From an uncultured Acidobacteriota bacterium (GTDB lineage Bacteria > Actinomycetota > Acidimicrobiia > Spongiisociales > ZC4RG35), in the NCBI GenBank assembly GCA_963828465.1, contig CAWHEU010000021.1, forward strand, positions 64,001-128,000: a stretch of DNA of 64,000 bases, given 5' to 3'. Under the pieces are notes generated by a model. That model searched no databases. It had not been told where the DNA came from and saw nothing but the letters and a program-made list of their open reading frames with translations. The translations under genes and the position numbers were made by a program. Shown here piece by piece: positions 19,850-30,447 of this stretch (its first letter is position 1; every line of letters begins with the position of its first letter).

Positions 19850-19939
19850 ATGACCTCGGCACTGGGTCTCCTGTTGAAGGCGATGGCCCATCAGGACCAG
19901 GAGGCATTGGCAGGACTGTTCGACGCCGAGGGCAGCTAA
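19850..19939 (+). other. 29-codon ORF resembling the C-terminus of the upstream oxidoreductase
   Basis: MTSALGLLLKAMAHQDQEALAGLFDAEGS versus ...YALANQDQEALQELFGEG; TACCCT lies 6 nt before the ATG. Confidence 0.45.
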
Positions 19940-20397
19940 GCGTCCACCAGCTCGACGGTTCCTCTGGACCGGTCCACCTCAGCGCCGACAACCATCGCCG
20001 CCGAGAGGAGGACAAGGTTCTTGAGCACGAACTCGCCCTCGACCGTCAACATGAACGGGTTGCCACCTGCAAAGGCGACATCGGGGAGCACGACGAAGAC
20101 GAGAAACGTGCCGAGCATCTGGGCGATAAGGGCCAGCAACACGATCCGCAGACCGATCCTCGCTGCCAATCCAATGCCGATCAGCACTTCGATCACACCC
20201 AAGACCGGCACGAACCATCCTGGGTCGACCCAGTAGACCGTGGATGCAACGAGATCGACGACAGGTGAGACACCAAGCACCTTGAGCGCACCGAACCAGA
20301 TGAAGACGATGGCGAGCGACCAGCGCAGGGCGGGAAGTGACCACCGTTGAAGGAACGGGATCAGGACGGCATCCAGACGGTCGACCAACTGCCTCAC
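19936..20397 (-). CDS. DoxX/YkgB-like membrane protein
   Basis: LRWSLAIVFIWFGALK, GVIEVLIG, EGEFVLKNLVL. Confidence 0.85.
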   Translation of the reverse strand: MRQLVDRLDAVLIPFLQRWSLPALRWSLAIVFIWFGALKVLGVSPVVDLVASTVYWVDPGWFVPVLGVIEVLIGIGLAARIGLRIVLLALIAQMLGTFLVFVVLPDVAFAGGNPFMLTVEGEFVLKNLVLLSAAMVVGAEVDRSRGTVELVDA

Positions 20398-20491
20398 CCC
20401 GCCATGTTCCCCGGATGACCCGATGTGGCGAAATCCACCAGGCGAGCGGGTCGAGGCATCGCTCAGGGATCGGCCGGTTAGGTTCCGATTG

Positions 20492-22207
20492 ATGCAGACG
20501 CCGATGCGAATCGAACGGGATGTGCCGATCCGGATGGACGATGGAGTCGTGCTCCGAGCAGATCTGTTCATCCCAATCGAGGACGGCGAGTACCCCACCC
20601 TCCTCAGTTACGGGCCGTACGGCAAGGGCCTCGCCTTCCAGGAGGGCTACAAACCGCAGTGGGATTACATGATCGAGAAGTATCCCGAGGTCGCCGAAGA
20701 CACCAGCAACGAGCACCAGAACTGGGAGGTGGTCGACCCGGAGAGGTGGGTGCCCGCCGGGTATGTGTGCGCACGGGTCGACTCCAGGGGCACCGGGCGC
20801 TCCCCCGGCTACGTCGACGTCTGGTCGGGAAGGGAGACGGTCGATCTCTACGACTGCATCGAGTGGGCGGCGTCGCAGCCTTGGAGCAACGGCCGAATCG
20901 GTCTGGCCGGCATCTCCTACTACGCGATGAATCAATATCAGGTCGCTGCCCTGCAGCCACCACATCTGGCGGCAATCTGTCCCTGGGAGGGCGCATCGGA
21001 CTGGTATCGGGACTTTGCCCGACACGGCGGGATCCTCTGCGAGTTCGCTCAGGACTGGTACCCACGCCAGGTCGAGAATGTCCAACATGGGGTCGGCGAG
21101 CGGGGATTCTTCAGCGCCGTGACCGGCGAACCCGTCTCCGGGCCGGACACCGAGGCGCCCGAGGTGCTGGCATCGAGACGAGCCGACCTGGGTCAGGATG
21201 TGAAGAGCCGCCCCCTGTTCGACGCCTGGCACCTGGAGCGCAACCCCGATTGGTCGCGGGTGAGAACGCCAATGCTCTCTGCGGCGAACTGGGGCGGCCA
21301 GGGTCTGCATCTCCGAGGCAATGTCGAGGCGTTCACCCAATCGGCGGCCTCCGACAAGTGGTTGGAAGTCCATGGCGACGCGCACTGGGTCGACTTCTAC
21401 ACGGACAGGGGTGTCGCCCTGCAACGCCGATTCTTCGACTACTACCTGAAGGGTGAGGACAACGGCTGGGATTCGGAGCCCAAGGTCCAGCTCCGCATTC
21501 GACACGTCGACGGCACCTTCACCGATCGAGCCGAGAACGAGTGGCCCCTCGCTCGTACCACCTGGACCCGCTATCACCTGACCGGCGAGGGAAGCCTGGC
21601 CGAGGAGGCTGCGGCGAATTCTTCGGCAGTCGAGTACGACCCCACCGGTGGCGGCGTGACCTTCACTACCGACCCAGCGACAGAGGAGATGGAGCTCACC
21701 GGGCCGATGGCCGCCAGGATCTTCGTCTCGTCGGAGACTGCCGATGCCGACCTCTTCCTGGTTGTGCGGGTATTCGACCCAGATGGTGCCGAGGTCACGT
21801 TCATGGGCGCGCTCGACCCCAACACCCCCATCGCCCAGGGCTGGCTGCGCGCCTCACATCGGGCGCTCGACCCGTCCATGTCGCTGCCGTTCCGTCCGTA
21901 TCACTCCCACGACCGGCTCGAACCTCTCGTCCCGGGCGAGACCTATGAGTTGGAAGTCGAGATCTGGCCGACATCCGTCGTCATCCCGGCCGGGTATCGT
22001 CTGGGGCTCACGATTCGGGGCAACGACTATCGATACGAGGGTGAGCTGTCCGACTTCGCCCGGGAGTTTCATTACGCCGGACGAGGGGTAGGGCCTTTCA
22101 AACATGCCGATCCCGACGACCGCCCGGCGGATGTTTTCTCGGGGCGGGTGAGCATCCATGTCGGCGGTGAGACCGACTCATACCTCCTTGTCCCGCTCAT
22201 TCGTTAG
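20492..22207 (+). CDS. CocE/NonD-family serine hydrolase (peptidase S15)
   Basis: DGVVLRAD, PYGK, WSNGRIGLAGISY (GxSY), GWLRASHR, VEIWPT. Confidence 0.93.
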   Translation: MQTPMRIERDVPIRMDDGVVLRADLFIPIEDGEYPTLLSYGPYGKGLAFQEGYKPQWDYMIEKYPEVAEDTSNEHQNWEVVDPERWVPAGYVCARVDSRGTGRSPGYVDVWSGRETVDLYDCIEWAASQPWSNGRIGLAGISYYAMNQYQVAALQPPHLAAICPWEGASDWYRDFARHGGILCEFAQDWYPRQVENVQHGVGERGFFSAVTGEPVSGPDTEAPEVLASRRADLGQDVKSRPLFDAWHLERNPDWSRVRTPMLSAANWGGQGLHLRGNVEAFTQSAASDKWLEVHGDAHWVDFYTDRGVALQRRFFDYYLKGEDNGWDSEPKVQLRIRHVDGTFTDRAENEWPLARTTWTRYHLTGEGSLAEEAAANSSAVEYDPTGGGVTFTTDPATEEMELTGPMAARIFVSSETADADLFLVVRVFDPDGAEVTFMGALDPNTPIAQGWLRASHRALDPSMSLPFRPYHSHDRLEPLVPGETYELEVEIWPTSVVIPAGYRLGLTIRGNDYRYEGELSDFAREFHYAGRGVGPFKHADPDDRPADVFSGRVSIHVGGETDSYLLVPLIR

Positions 22208-22300
22208 ACCGGGAGGGGCCCTCGAGGTCGAAAGACGTGTCGATCTTTCGCCGCTCGCCTCATTGAGGCCGACAGCGCGATCGTTAACTTCATTGGACTG

Positions 22301-24938
22301 ATGCCGCATCTCTACGACTTCTCGGCCACCGACGGGTCGGATCGCGACCTGCTCGGCGGCAAAGGGGCAGGTCTGGCCCGCATGACGTCACTCGGGCTAC
22401 CGGTTCCCCCCGGGTTCACGATCACCACCGATGTGTGCCGGGCCGCAATGGCCACCGGTGAGATGCCGGATGACCTCTGGCCAGAAGTCGAGGATGCAGT
22501 CGCCCGACTGGAGAAAACCAGTGGTCGAAACCTCGGGTCCGGACCTGCTCCCCTGCTCCTCTCGGTCCGGTCCGGCGCCAAGTTCTCGATGCCGGGGATG
22601 ATGGACACGGTCCTCAACCTGGGCATCAACGACGATGTGGTGAAGGCGCTGATCGAGTGGTCCGGCGACCCTCATTTCGGCTGGGATGCCTACCGCCGCT
22701 TCGTTCAGATGTATGGGGATGTGGTGCTCGGCGTTCCCGAGCACCGCTTCCAGGACGTCCTGACCGAGCTGAGACGGTCGAGAGGCGTCGAGGACGACTC
22801 GGAGCTGAGCGCCGAGGACCTGGAGACGGCCACTGACTCGATTCCGCGACATCGTCGAGCAGGAGCGCCCTGGTGAGTTGCCCGAGGACCCGATGGAACA
22901 GGTCAAAGGGGCGATCACCGCCGTCTTTCTGTCGTGGAACACGAAGCGCGCCGTCGAGTACCGCAGGATTCACTCGATCCCGGATGATCTGGGGACTGCA
23001 GCCAACATTCAGATGATGGTCTTCGGCGACCTCGGTGACGATTCGGGCACCGGAGTCTGTTTCACCCGTGACCCCGGCACCGGCGAGAAGGTGATCTACG
23101 GCGACTACCTACCCCGGGCCCAGGGCGAGGACGTCGTAGCCGGCATTCGCAACACCTTGACTCTCGACCAGCTGGCCGACCTCCATCCCGAGTGTCATCG
23201 CCAGCTGCTCGAGATCATGGATGGTCTCGAAACCCACTACCGCGACATGTGCGACATCGAGTTCACCATCGAGAAGGACGTTCTCTACATCCTGCAGACG
23301 CGGGCAGGGAAGAGGACGGCAGCGGCCGCGGTGAAGATGGCTGTGGCCATGGTTGGCGAAGGTCTCATCGACCGGGAAACTGCTGTCACCAGGGTCGAGC
23401 CTGACTCCCTGGAACAACTCCACCGCCCCCGGATCGCTGATCGCGTCAAGGGATCTGCACCGCTCGTGGTCGGCGTGGCCGCGTCCCCCGGCGCCGCCAC
23501 CGGGAAGGTGGTCTTCTCCTCCGAGGAGGCGGTGGAGCAGGCACGGAACGGGGTGGAAGTCATCCTGGTTCGGCCGGAAACGACCCCGGACGACATCCAC
23601 GGCATGGCGGCGGCGGTCGGCATCCTCACCAGCCAGGGGGGCAAGACATCACATGCTGCCGTGGTGGCTCGGGGCATGGGCAAGCCCGCCATCACCGGGG
23701 CGGCCAAGCTGCAGGTCGATTCCGAGGCGGGCATCGCCTCCACCGGGAGTGTCGATGTCCGACGTGGTGAGGTCATCACCATCGACGGGACGACCGGAGC
23801 CGTCTATCAGGGCGAGATCGAGCTCGTCCCGCCGGAAGTCCCCCCCGAGCTCGGTGACCTGCTCGAATGGGCCGACCAGTTCCGCAATCTCGGAGTCAGG
23901 GCCAACGCCGACACGGCAGAAGACGCCACGCTGGCCCGAGGCCACGGGGCGGAGGGCATCGGGTTGGCGCGGACCGAGCACATGTTCCTCGGCGAGCGTC
24001 TCGCCATCGTCCAGAGGGTCATCCTCTCCACCGATCCGACCGATAGGGAGGAAGCTCTCGGTGATCTGGAACGACAGCAGATAGGGGACTTCGAGAGTCT
24101 GCTCGAGGCGATGGATGGGCTGCCCGTGGTAATCCGGCTCCTGGACCCGCCACTCCACGAGTTCCTCCCCTCCCGTCTCGAGCTGGAGCACGAGATGCTG
24201 CGTCGGGTCCGGGCCGGCCGCCCCATCGACGACTTACAGGCGATGTCTGACCAGGTCGCTCGCTGGGAGGAGGACAACCCCATGCTCGGCCTGCGCGGGG
24301 TCAGGCTCGGGTTGATGCTCAAGGACCTCTATCGGATGCAGGCCCGCGCCGCCACCACCGCGCTCACCCGTCGCATCCAGGCTGGCGGCAATCCCCATCT
24401 GGAGATCATGATCCCTCTGGTCGCCGCCGCCGAGGAGCTCATCCGGATGCGGGAGATGATCGAGGAGGAAATCGCCATCGCCACCGCAGGTTCTGGTGTG
24501 GAGTTGGACATCCCGATCGGGACGATGATCGAGCTGCCCCGGGCCGCGTTGACCGCGGGCGAGATTGCCGGAGTTGCCGACTTCTTCTCATTCGGCACCA
24601 ACGACCTGACCCAGATGACCTACGGGCTCAGCCGCGATGACGCCGAAGGGTTGTTCCTCAGCGATTATCTGGAGCAGGGCATCTTTACCTCGGACCCGTT
24701 CCAGACTCTCGACAGGGCAGGGGTCGGGCGTCTGGTCCGCGTGGCCACCAACGAGGGGCGGGAGGCCAACGAGGACCTGGTGGTCGGGCTATGCGGCGAG
24801 CATGGTGGCGATCCCGATTCCATCTACTTCGTCCACTCACTCGGCCTCGACTACGTGTCGTGCAGCCCTCCCCGTGTCGAGGGGGCCAGGCTCGCAGCGG
24901 CCCAGGCCGCCCTGCAGTCGGACCGCAACGACGTCTGA
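22301..24938 (+). CDS. ppdK: pyruvate phosphate dikinase, frameshifted near 22835-22875
   Basis: [59 protein letters not shown]. Confidence 0.96.
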
Positions 24939-24939
24939 A

Positions 24940-25656
24940 TCAGCGGATCACGTCGACCAGCTCGGGCACTCCCTCGCCTGAGATCGCGGCGGTGATCAGC
25001 ACCGGCGCATCGGAGCCGCCCAATCTCTCCAAGAGGGCGCGGTGCACGGTGTCGACGCCGGGACGGTCTCCCTTGTTGACCACGAACACATCGGCGATCT
25101 CGACGATCCCGGCCTTGTCGGCCTGAATCTGATCCCCCCAGCCGGGCCCCAGCACCAGGACGACCACGTCGACATGGTCCATCACCTCCAGCTCGGACTG
25201 GCCGACTCCCACAGTCTCAACGAGAACGATGTCGAAACCTGCCCGGGCCATCGCGGCGATGGCTGGAGCGGCGGCAACCGACAGGCCACCGAGGTGCCCT
25301 CGGGAGGCCATGGAACGGACATAAACCCCCGGGTCTCCGGTGTGGTCCTGCATCCGGATCCTGTCGCCGAGCAGCGCCCCGCCTGTGATCGGGCTGGAAG
25401 GGTCGACGGCGAGCACCGCCACGGTGTCTCCCTTCGACCTCAGGTCGGCGACGATCGCATTGACGAGCGTCGACTTCCCGGCCCCAGGTGGGCCGGTGAT
25501 GCCGACCCTCCGGGCAGGCGTATCCGACGAGTCGATGAGTGAGGTGACAACGGCCTCACCGATGGGATCCCCGGTCTCGAGCGCGGTGATCAGCCGAGCC
25601 AGGCTTCGTCGATCACCATCCCGGACGCGCCCGGCAGCCAGATCGGTGTCGCTCAT
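24940..25656 (-). CDS. meaB: methylmalonyl-CoA mutase-associated GTPase MeaB
   Basis: GITGPPGAGKS, VDPSS, LGDRIRM, ETVGVGQSE, NKGD. Confidence 0.92.
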   Translation of the reverse strand: MSDTDLAAGRVRDGDRRSLARLITALETGDPIGEAVVTSLIDSSDTPARRVGITGPPGAGKSTLVNAIVADLRSKGDTVAVLAVDPSSPITGGALLGDRIRMQDHTGDPGVYVRSMASRGHLGGLSVAAAPAIAAMARAGFDIVLVETVGVGQSELEVMDHVDVVVLVLGPGWGDQIQADKAGIVEIADVFVVNKGDRPGVDTVHRALLERLGGSDAPVLITAAISGEGVPELVDVIR

Positions 25657-25677
25657 CGGCGACAGGTTAAGGGTGTG

Positions 25678-26016
25678 TCAGAGAGCGGGAAGGGTGATGC
25701 CGTTGGGGCTGTCGAGCTCATCGAGACCGGGCGCATCGGCGCTGGCATGAACCTCGACGACTCCTGGGACGCGGTCCATCAGGATTCGCTCGATGCCGGC
25801 TTTCAGGGTCATCATCGAGAGCGGGCAACCACCACAGGCGCCGACCATCTGGATGTCGACCCTGCCCCCGTCTGTCCCGAGCAGAACGAGATCACCCCCG
25901 TCGGCCTGGACTGCAGGCCTTATGTACTCGAGGGTCTCCCGCAGCTTGTCGACGTCGATCGGGCCTTCGTCGACCTTGACACTGCTCGAAATGGTCACCG
26001 GTGTTGTCTCTGGCAT
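25678..26016 (-). CDS. NifU/NfuA-family Fe-S carrier
   Basis: IRPAVQADGGD, GACGGCP, TLKAGIE. Confidence 0.92.
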   Translation of the reverse strand: MPETTPVTISSSVKVDEGPIDVDKLRETLEYIRPAVQADGGDLVLLGTDGGRVDIQMVGACGGCPLSMMTLKAGIERILMDRVPGVVEVHASADAPGLDELDSPNGITLPAL

Positions 26017-26075
26017 CGCCTTGAAGAACCCTTGCCTAGTGGGGATTTGTTCCGGATTCTACCGTGCGCCGGGGC

Positions 26076-27365
26076 TCAGAACTCTTCTGGCCGGCCCGAA
26101 GGTAGGGGGCGCACCGGCTGGATGACCTGCAGGACACCATCGACCCATAGGAATCCCCAGGATCCTGTTTCGGTCGTTTCGACTTGCACGCCGTCGACGG
26201 CGACATCCAAGGGTGAGTCGGACTCGATCCTCACGAACTCCGAGCCGACCACCAGGCCAACTGCAAGTTGCTCGGGGAGGAACTGGTCACCGGGAACCGG
26301 GGTGAGCCCTCCGTAGTAGTGGGCCAGGATGTCGGGATACGCCGAACCGGCTTCGGCCATGGCCTGAGCGCCGTACTGGGACATGCCAATGAGGTGCCCC
26401 CAGCCAGCCCCCTCGACCACGTAATAGGGAACAGCGATGGCCAGGGCATCGCCACCAATCCGGCTGGCACGCACTTCACGGCGAATCGAGAACTCCGGAC
26501 TGAGGATGGTGTCCGGATAGTCGACCCCGTCCGGTCGCTTCGCAGGCAGGAGGCCGGGCAAGATCGCCGCGGCCTCGTTGATCTGGGACCGAAGGGCCCA
26601 GGTATCCATGGATACCGTGCCCGCGTCGGAGACGATGTCGATCACCCACGGGCCCTGGCCGTCCTCGGTCGTTCTGGTTGCGATCGAATGGACATCCCCA
26701 TCGGCCACGTCCGCCTCCTGGAGCACCTGTTCCATCTGATAGCCGGGGAGCTCCCATGACCAGGTGACGAATGGGCTGTCCTCACCGGGCGAGGGGACAC
26801 CGACCAGATACGGCGCTGGCTCGGAACCGGGCCATATGTCCTCGATGTTCCTGGTGCGGAGACCCGTGGTCGACGAGTAGAAGGCTCGGGCCGGCTCTCC
26901 CTCGTGCACCAGGATCTCACCCGTGGTCTGGCTCACCGCCTGGCGCCAGCGATCCCCGTCCTCGCCGAGCACGGCGTCCACCCCGGCATAGACCTGGCAC
27001 GCCGCCGTCGCGCAGATGTCGTACCCGATGCGGCTGCCGGTCTCGGAACGCCCCCCCAGAAGGGTCCAGGCGAGATATGTGCGAGCTGCGACGACCTGGG
27101 CCGCCAGGGCGTCCTCGTGCCAGCTGAACGGGACCTCTCGAATGCCCTCTAGATAGGCGTCGAGCGACGCCACCTCGACCACCGCAACGCCATCGGATTC
27201 TGCCGTGACCCTGAAGGGCCCCCGGTAGCGCCGATCACCCATCTCCAAGTATGCGTTGTCCGGCACCGAGACTTCGACCACTGTGCCCTGCGGTCGGGCA
27301 GCCATGGCCGGTGGCGCCAACAGGAGTACGAACGCAAGGACGGCCAGTGCCCGGCGAGCGATCAC
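26076..27365 (-). CDS. SpoIID/LytB-domain protein
   Basis: Signal peptide; YLEGIREVP, AQVVAARTY, CQVY, GWGHLIGMSQYGA, ILAHYY; GTG overlaps the murA stop. Confidence 0.9.
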   Translation of the reverse strand: MIARRALAVLAFVLLLAPPAMAARPQGTVVEVSVPDNAYLEMGDRRYRGPFRVTAESDGVAVVEVASLDAYLEGIREVPFSWHEDALAAQVVAARTYLAWTLLGGRSETGSRIGYDICATAACQVYAGVDAVLGEDGDRWRQAVSQTTGEILVHEGEPARAFYSSTTGLRTRNIEDIWPGSEPAPYLVGVPSPGEDSPFVTWSWELPGYQMEQVLQEADVADGDVHSIATRTTEDGQGPWVIDIVSDAGTVSMDTWALRSQINEAAAILPGLLPAKRPDGVDYPDTILSPEFSIRREVRASRIGGDALAIAVPYYVVEGAGWGHLIGMSQYGAQAMAEAGSAYPDILAHYYGGLTPVPGDQFLPEQLAVGLVVGSEFVRIESDSPLDVAVDGVQVETTETGSWGFLWVDGVLQVIQPVRPLPSGRPEEF

Positions 27366-28612
27366 GCTCTCTCGATTCTCGCTCCCAGCGATCGGAGTCG
27401 CTCCGGGAACTCCTCGTAGCCCCTGTCGATGTGGCTCGCCTCGCCGACCTCGGTCGTCCCCTCCGCGCGCAGGCCAGCGAGCACCAGGGCTGCCCCGGCT
27501 CGGATGTCTGGTGCCAGGACCGGACAGCCCGAGAGCCGCTCGACGCCCCGAATGATGGCGTGTTGTGCCTCGGTGGTGATATCGGCGCCCATACGTGCCA
27601 GCTCGCCGACGTAGCGGAACCGGGAGTCGTAGAGATTCTCGGTGATGACCGACGTGCCGGTCGCCACCGACAGCAGGGCGACCATCTGAGGGTGCATGTC
27701 GGTGTGAAATCCGGGGAACGGGAGGGTGGCGAAGTCCACCGGGGTCGGTCGCTCTGGTCCTCTGACCCGAAGCCACCCGTTACCCTGCTCGACCTCGCAA
27801 CCTGTCTCCTCGAGCTTTCTCAGCTCCATTCGCAGGTGCTCCGGCAAGCAGCCGGTCACCGTGACATCGCCGCCTGTGATTGCCGCGGCTGCTGCGTAAG
27901 TCCCTGTCTCGAGGCGATCGGGTACGACGTGGTGCTCGGCCGGCGAAAGATGATCCACGCCGTGAATCGTGACGAGTGAAGTTCCGCCGCCGGTGATTCT
28001 GGCTCCCATCTCGGTCAACTGAGTGATGAGGTCTTCGATCTCAGGCTCGCGGGCGGCATTGACTATGACCGTGTCGCCTTCGGCGAGCACACCGGCGAAC
28101 AAGAGGTTCTCGGTAGCGCCCACCGAGGGAAAGGGCAGCTCCACTTCGGTGCCCTTGAGACGGCCGTCGACCCGGCCCACCAATTCTCCATGGACCAACT
28201 CGAAGTCGACCCCCATCGCCTCCAGGCCATTGAGATGCATGTCGATCGGCCGGGCCCCGAGGTCGTCACCGCCGGGCAGGGCGACACGCGCCTCGCCACA
28301 GCGGGCGAGGAGGGGACCGAGCACCACGATCGAGGCCCGCATCTGCCGCACCAGCTCGATCGGCGCCTCGGGGAGGAGCTGGTCGGGAACGACCACCCAG
28401 AGCTCGTGATCGCCTTGCTCCACCCTGCAGCCGGTGTGCTCCAAGACCTCACACATCAGCCCGACGTCGAGGATCGACGGCACATTGGTCAGACGGTGCC
28501 GGCCCGGGGCGAGCAGTGCAGAGACCATCTCCTTGAGCACGGCGTTCTTGGCCCCCAGCACGCCGACAGTCCCCTGGAGACGCGCTCCGCCCTCGACAAC
28601 CAACTTGGACAT
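27362..28612 (-). CDS. murA: UDP-N-acetylglucosamine 1-carboxyvinyltransferase
   Basis: GAKNA, MRASI, LPGGDDLGARP, SVGATEN, AAREPE, DIRAGA, HIDRGYE. Confidence 0.97.
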   Translation of the reverse strand: MSKLVVEGGARLQGTVGVLGAKNAVLKEMVSALLAPGRHRLTNVPSILDVGLMCEVLEHTGCRVEQGDHELWVVVPDQLLPEAPIELVRQMRASIVVLGPLLARCGEARVALPGGDDLGARPIDMHLNGLEAMGVDFELVHGELVGRVDGRLKGTEVELPFPSVGATENLLFAGVLAEGDTVIVNAAREPEIEDLITQLTEMGARITGGGTSLVTIHGVDHLSPAEHHVVPDRLETGTYAAAAAITGGDVTVTGCLPEHLRMELRKLEETGCEVEQGNGWLRVRGPERPTPVDFATLPFPGFHTDMHPQMVALLSVATGTSVITENLYDSRFRYVGELARMGADITTEAQHAIIRGVERLSGCPVLAPDIRAGAALVLAGLRAEGTTEVGEASHIDRGYEEFPERLRSLGARIERA

Positions 28613-28689
28613 TCAGGCGAATGTAGTTAGGTGTGGGGCCAACCCCATGCAGGGACGGGGCGGGTGGTCTGGCTACCCTGCCGCCCGAG

Positions 28690-29130
28690 ATGAGAATCGC
28701 ACTCGGCTCCGACCACGCCGGCTATCCGTTGAAGGAGCACTTGTCGACGTGGCTCGCAGAGTCCGGTCATGCCGTGTACGACCTGGGCACGCACTCCGCC
28801 GAGCCGGTCGACTATCCGGACTATGCGGCCGCCGTGGCCCAAGCCGTCTTGGACGGCCGCGCCGACCGGGGCATTCTCATCTGTGGCTCCGGCGCAGGGG
28901 CGGCAGTGGCCGCCAACAAGCTCCAGGGGATCAGGGCGTCGATTGCCCACGACACTTACACCGCCCATCAAATGGTGGAGCACGACGATGTGAACGTGCT
29001 CAGCCTGGGGTCACGCGTGATCGGCGAGTCGCTGGCGGAAGAACTGGTCACGACGTTCCTCGAGGCGAGGTTCTCGCGCGAGGACCGGCACGTGAGACGT
29101 CTGGAGAAGATCAGGTCCATGGAGGCCTGA
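28690..29130 (+). CDS. rpiB: ribose-5-phosphate isomerase B
   Basis: GSDHAG, VDYPD, CGSGAG, ANK, HDDVNVL, RHVRR. Confidence 0.93.
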   Translation: MRIALGSDHAGYPLKEHLSTWLAESGHAVYDLGTHSAEPVDYPDYAAAVAQAVLDGRADRGILICGSGAGAAVAANKLQGIRASIAHDTYTAHQMVEHDDVNVLSLGSRVIGESLAEELVTTFLEARFSREDRHVRRLEKIRSMEA

Positions 29131-29136
29131 TCGGCG

Positions 29137-29793
29137 TCACTGGCCCCCGGATTGGGCCAGCGCAACTAGGGCCTCGATCCCTTCAGTGCCGATCTCGCCC
29201 GACACCCGGCCCAGATTGGTGTTCTGACCGTCGAGCACGACGTAGAAAGGAGTGCCGGACATCCCGTAGTTGCCGGCGACGGTCCCGATCTGGTCGTCCA
29301 TGATCACCGGGGCGGTCCAGCCCTCCTCCTCTAGCCAATCCTGGGGTGGCCAGTTGGGACGGAGCCTGTCGGTCGCAGTGGCGACGGAGATCACTTCGAC
29401 GTCGTCTGGCAAGTTGCCATCGTTGATCCACTGCTGGATAACAGGCACGTCTGCCTGGCAATGAGGGCACCAGTGGGCGAGGAAGGCGATGATCTTCGGA
29501 GTGCCATTGGGCTCGATCGTGACCGGGTTTCCTTCCCAATCGGCTCCTTCGACGGTGGGGGCGGTAAGTCCGACCGAGACATCCTCCTGTCCCGCGGCAT
29601 AGACAGGCAGCGGGTCTCCGGTGACGGTCGGGTCGCCGTAACCGAGGCTCTCGTCGACCGGCTCCTCGCCTGCGATGGACCATGCGAGGGCGACGATCAG
29701 GCCGAGACCGACTATGCCACCGAGGATCCACCACAAAGTCGAGTTGTTCTTCGTTTCCTTGGCACCGGGCTTGGGTTTCTTTGTCGCAGTCAT
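29137..29793 (-). CDS. membrane-anchored TlpA-like thioredoxin-fold protein
   Basis: One N-terminal TM, WCPHC and cis-Pro motif GTP. Confidence 0.88.
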   Translation of the reverse strand: MTATKKPKPGAKETKNNSTLWWILGGIVGLGLIVALAWSIAGEEPVDESLGYGDPTVTGDPLPVYAAGQEDVSVGLTAPTVEGADWEGNPVTIEPNGTPKIIAFLAHWCPHCQADVPVIQQWINDGNLPDDVEVISVATATDRLRPNWPPQDWLEEEGWTAPVIMDDQIGTVAGNYGMSGTPFYVVLDGQNTNLGRVSGEIGTEGIEALVALAQSGGQ

Positions 29794-30317
29794 TCGGAGG
29801 CTTTCGTGTAGAAGGCGAGTAAGACGGCGATAACGATAAACCCAATTCCAGCCATAAATGGCAAGTCCATGAAGCCAAACATCTCGATGCTGCGGGCGGA
29901 GCAGGGCACCGCCGGGTCGCACGACCCGCCCTCGAGACTGGGGAAGAACTGAACGAAGTTGTGGTAGATGGAGATGGCGAGCCCGATCAGGGCGAGAGGC
30001 AGGGCGTAGAACTTGACCACTGCCTCACGCCTGATCGCGCCCACCAAAAGGACGATGGTTAGTGGGTACATCGCGATGCGCTGGAACCAGCAGAGACGGC
30101 AGGGCACATAGTGGAAAGCGTCGGAGTACAACAGCGACCCGACGGTGGCCACCAGGGCAACGGTGAAGGCGAGCCAGATCGCCTTGTCCCCGAGCAATGC
30201 CGCCGCCTCGGGCCCTTTCACTGCCCGGTACACGAGGAGAGCGATGGACCCGGCCGCGGCGATCAGGGTGAGGATGGCGAAGAGGTTGTTGAAGACGAGG
30301 ATGGTCTCGACCGACAT
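29790..30317 (-). CDS. disulfide bond formation protein B (DsbB/BdbC)
   Basis: PCRLCWFQRIAMYP, a second Cys pair CDPAVPC, four TM. Confidence 0.92.
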   Translation of the reverse strand: MSVETILVFNNLFAILTLIAAAGSIALLVYRAVKGPEAAALLGDKAIWLAFTVALVATVGSLLYSDAFHYVPCRLCWFQRIAMYPLTIVLLVGAIRREAVVKFYALPLALIGLAISIYHNFVQFFPSLEGGSCDPAVPCSARSIEMFGFMDLPFMAGIGFIVIAVLLAFYTKASE

Positions 30318-30330
30318 GCGCTTTCCTGGC

Positions 30331-30406
30331 TGGCAGTCCCGACCGGATTCGAACCGGCGTTTCCGGCTTGAAAGGCCGGCGTCCTAGGCCACTGGACGAC
30401 GGGACC
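30331..30406 (-). tRNA. tRNA-Glu(TTC)
   Basis: GGTCCCG acceptor, anticodon arm CCGGC-CTTTCAA-GCCGG, T-loop GTTCGAATC, encoded CCA. Confidence 0.97.
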
Positions 30407-30447
30407 TCGCGGTCACGACAGGTTAACGGGTGACACGGACCTACTCC

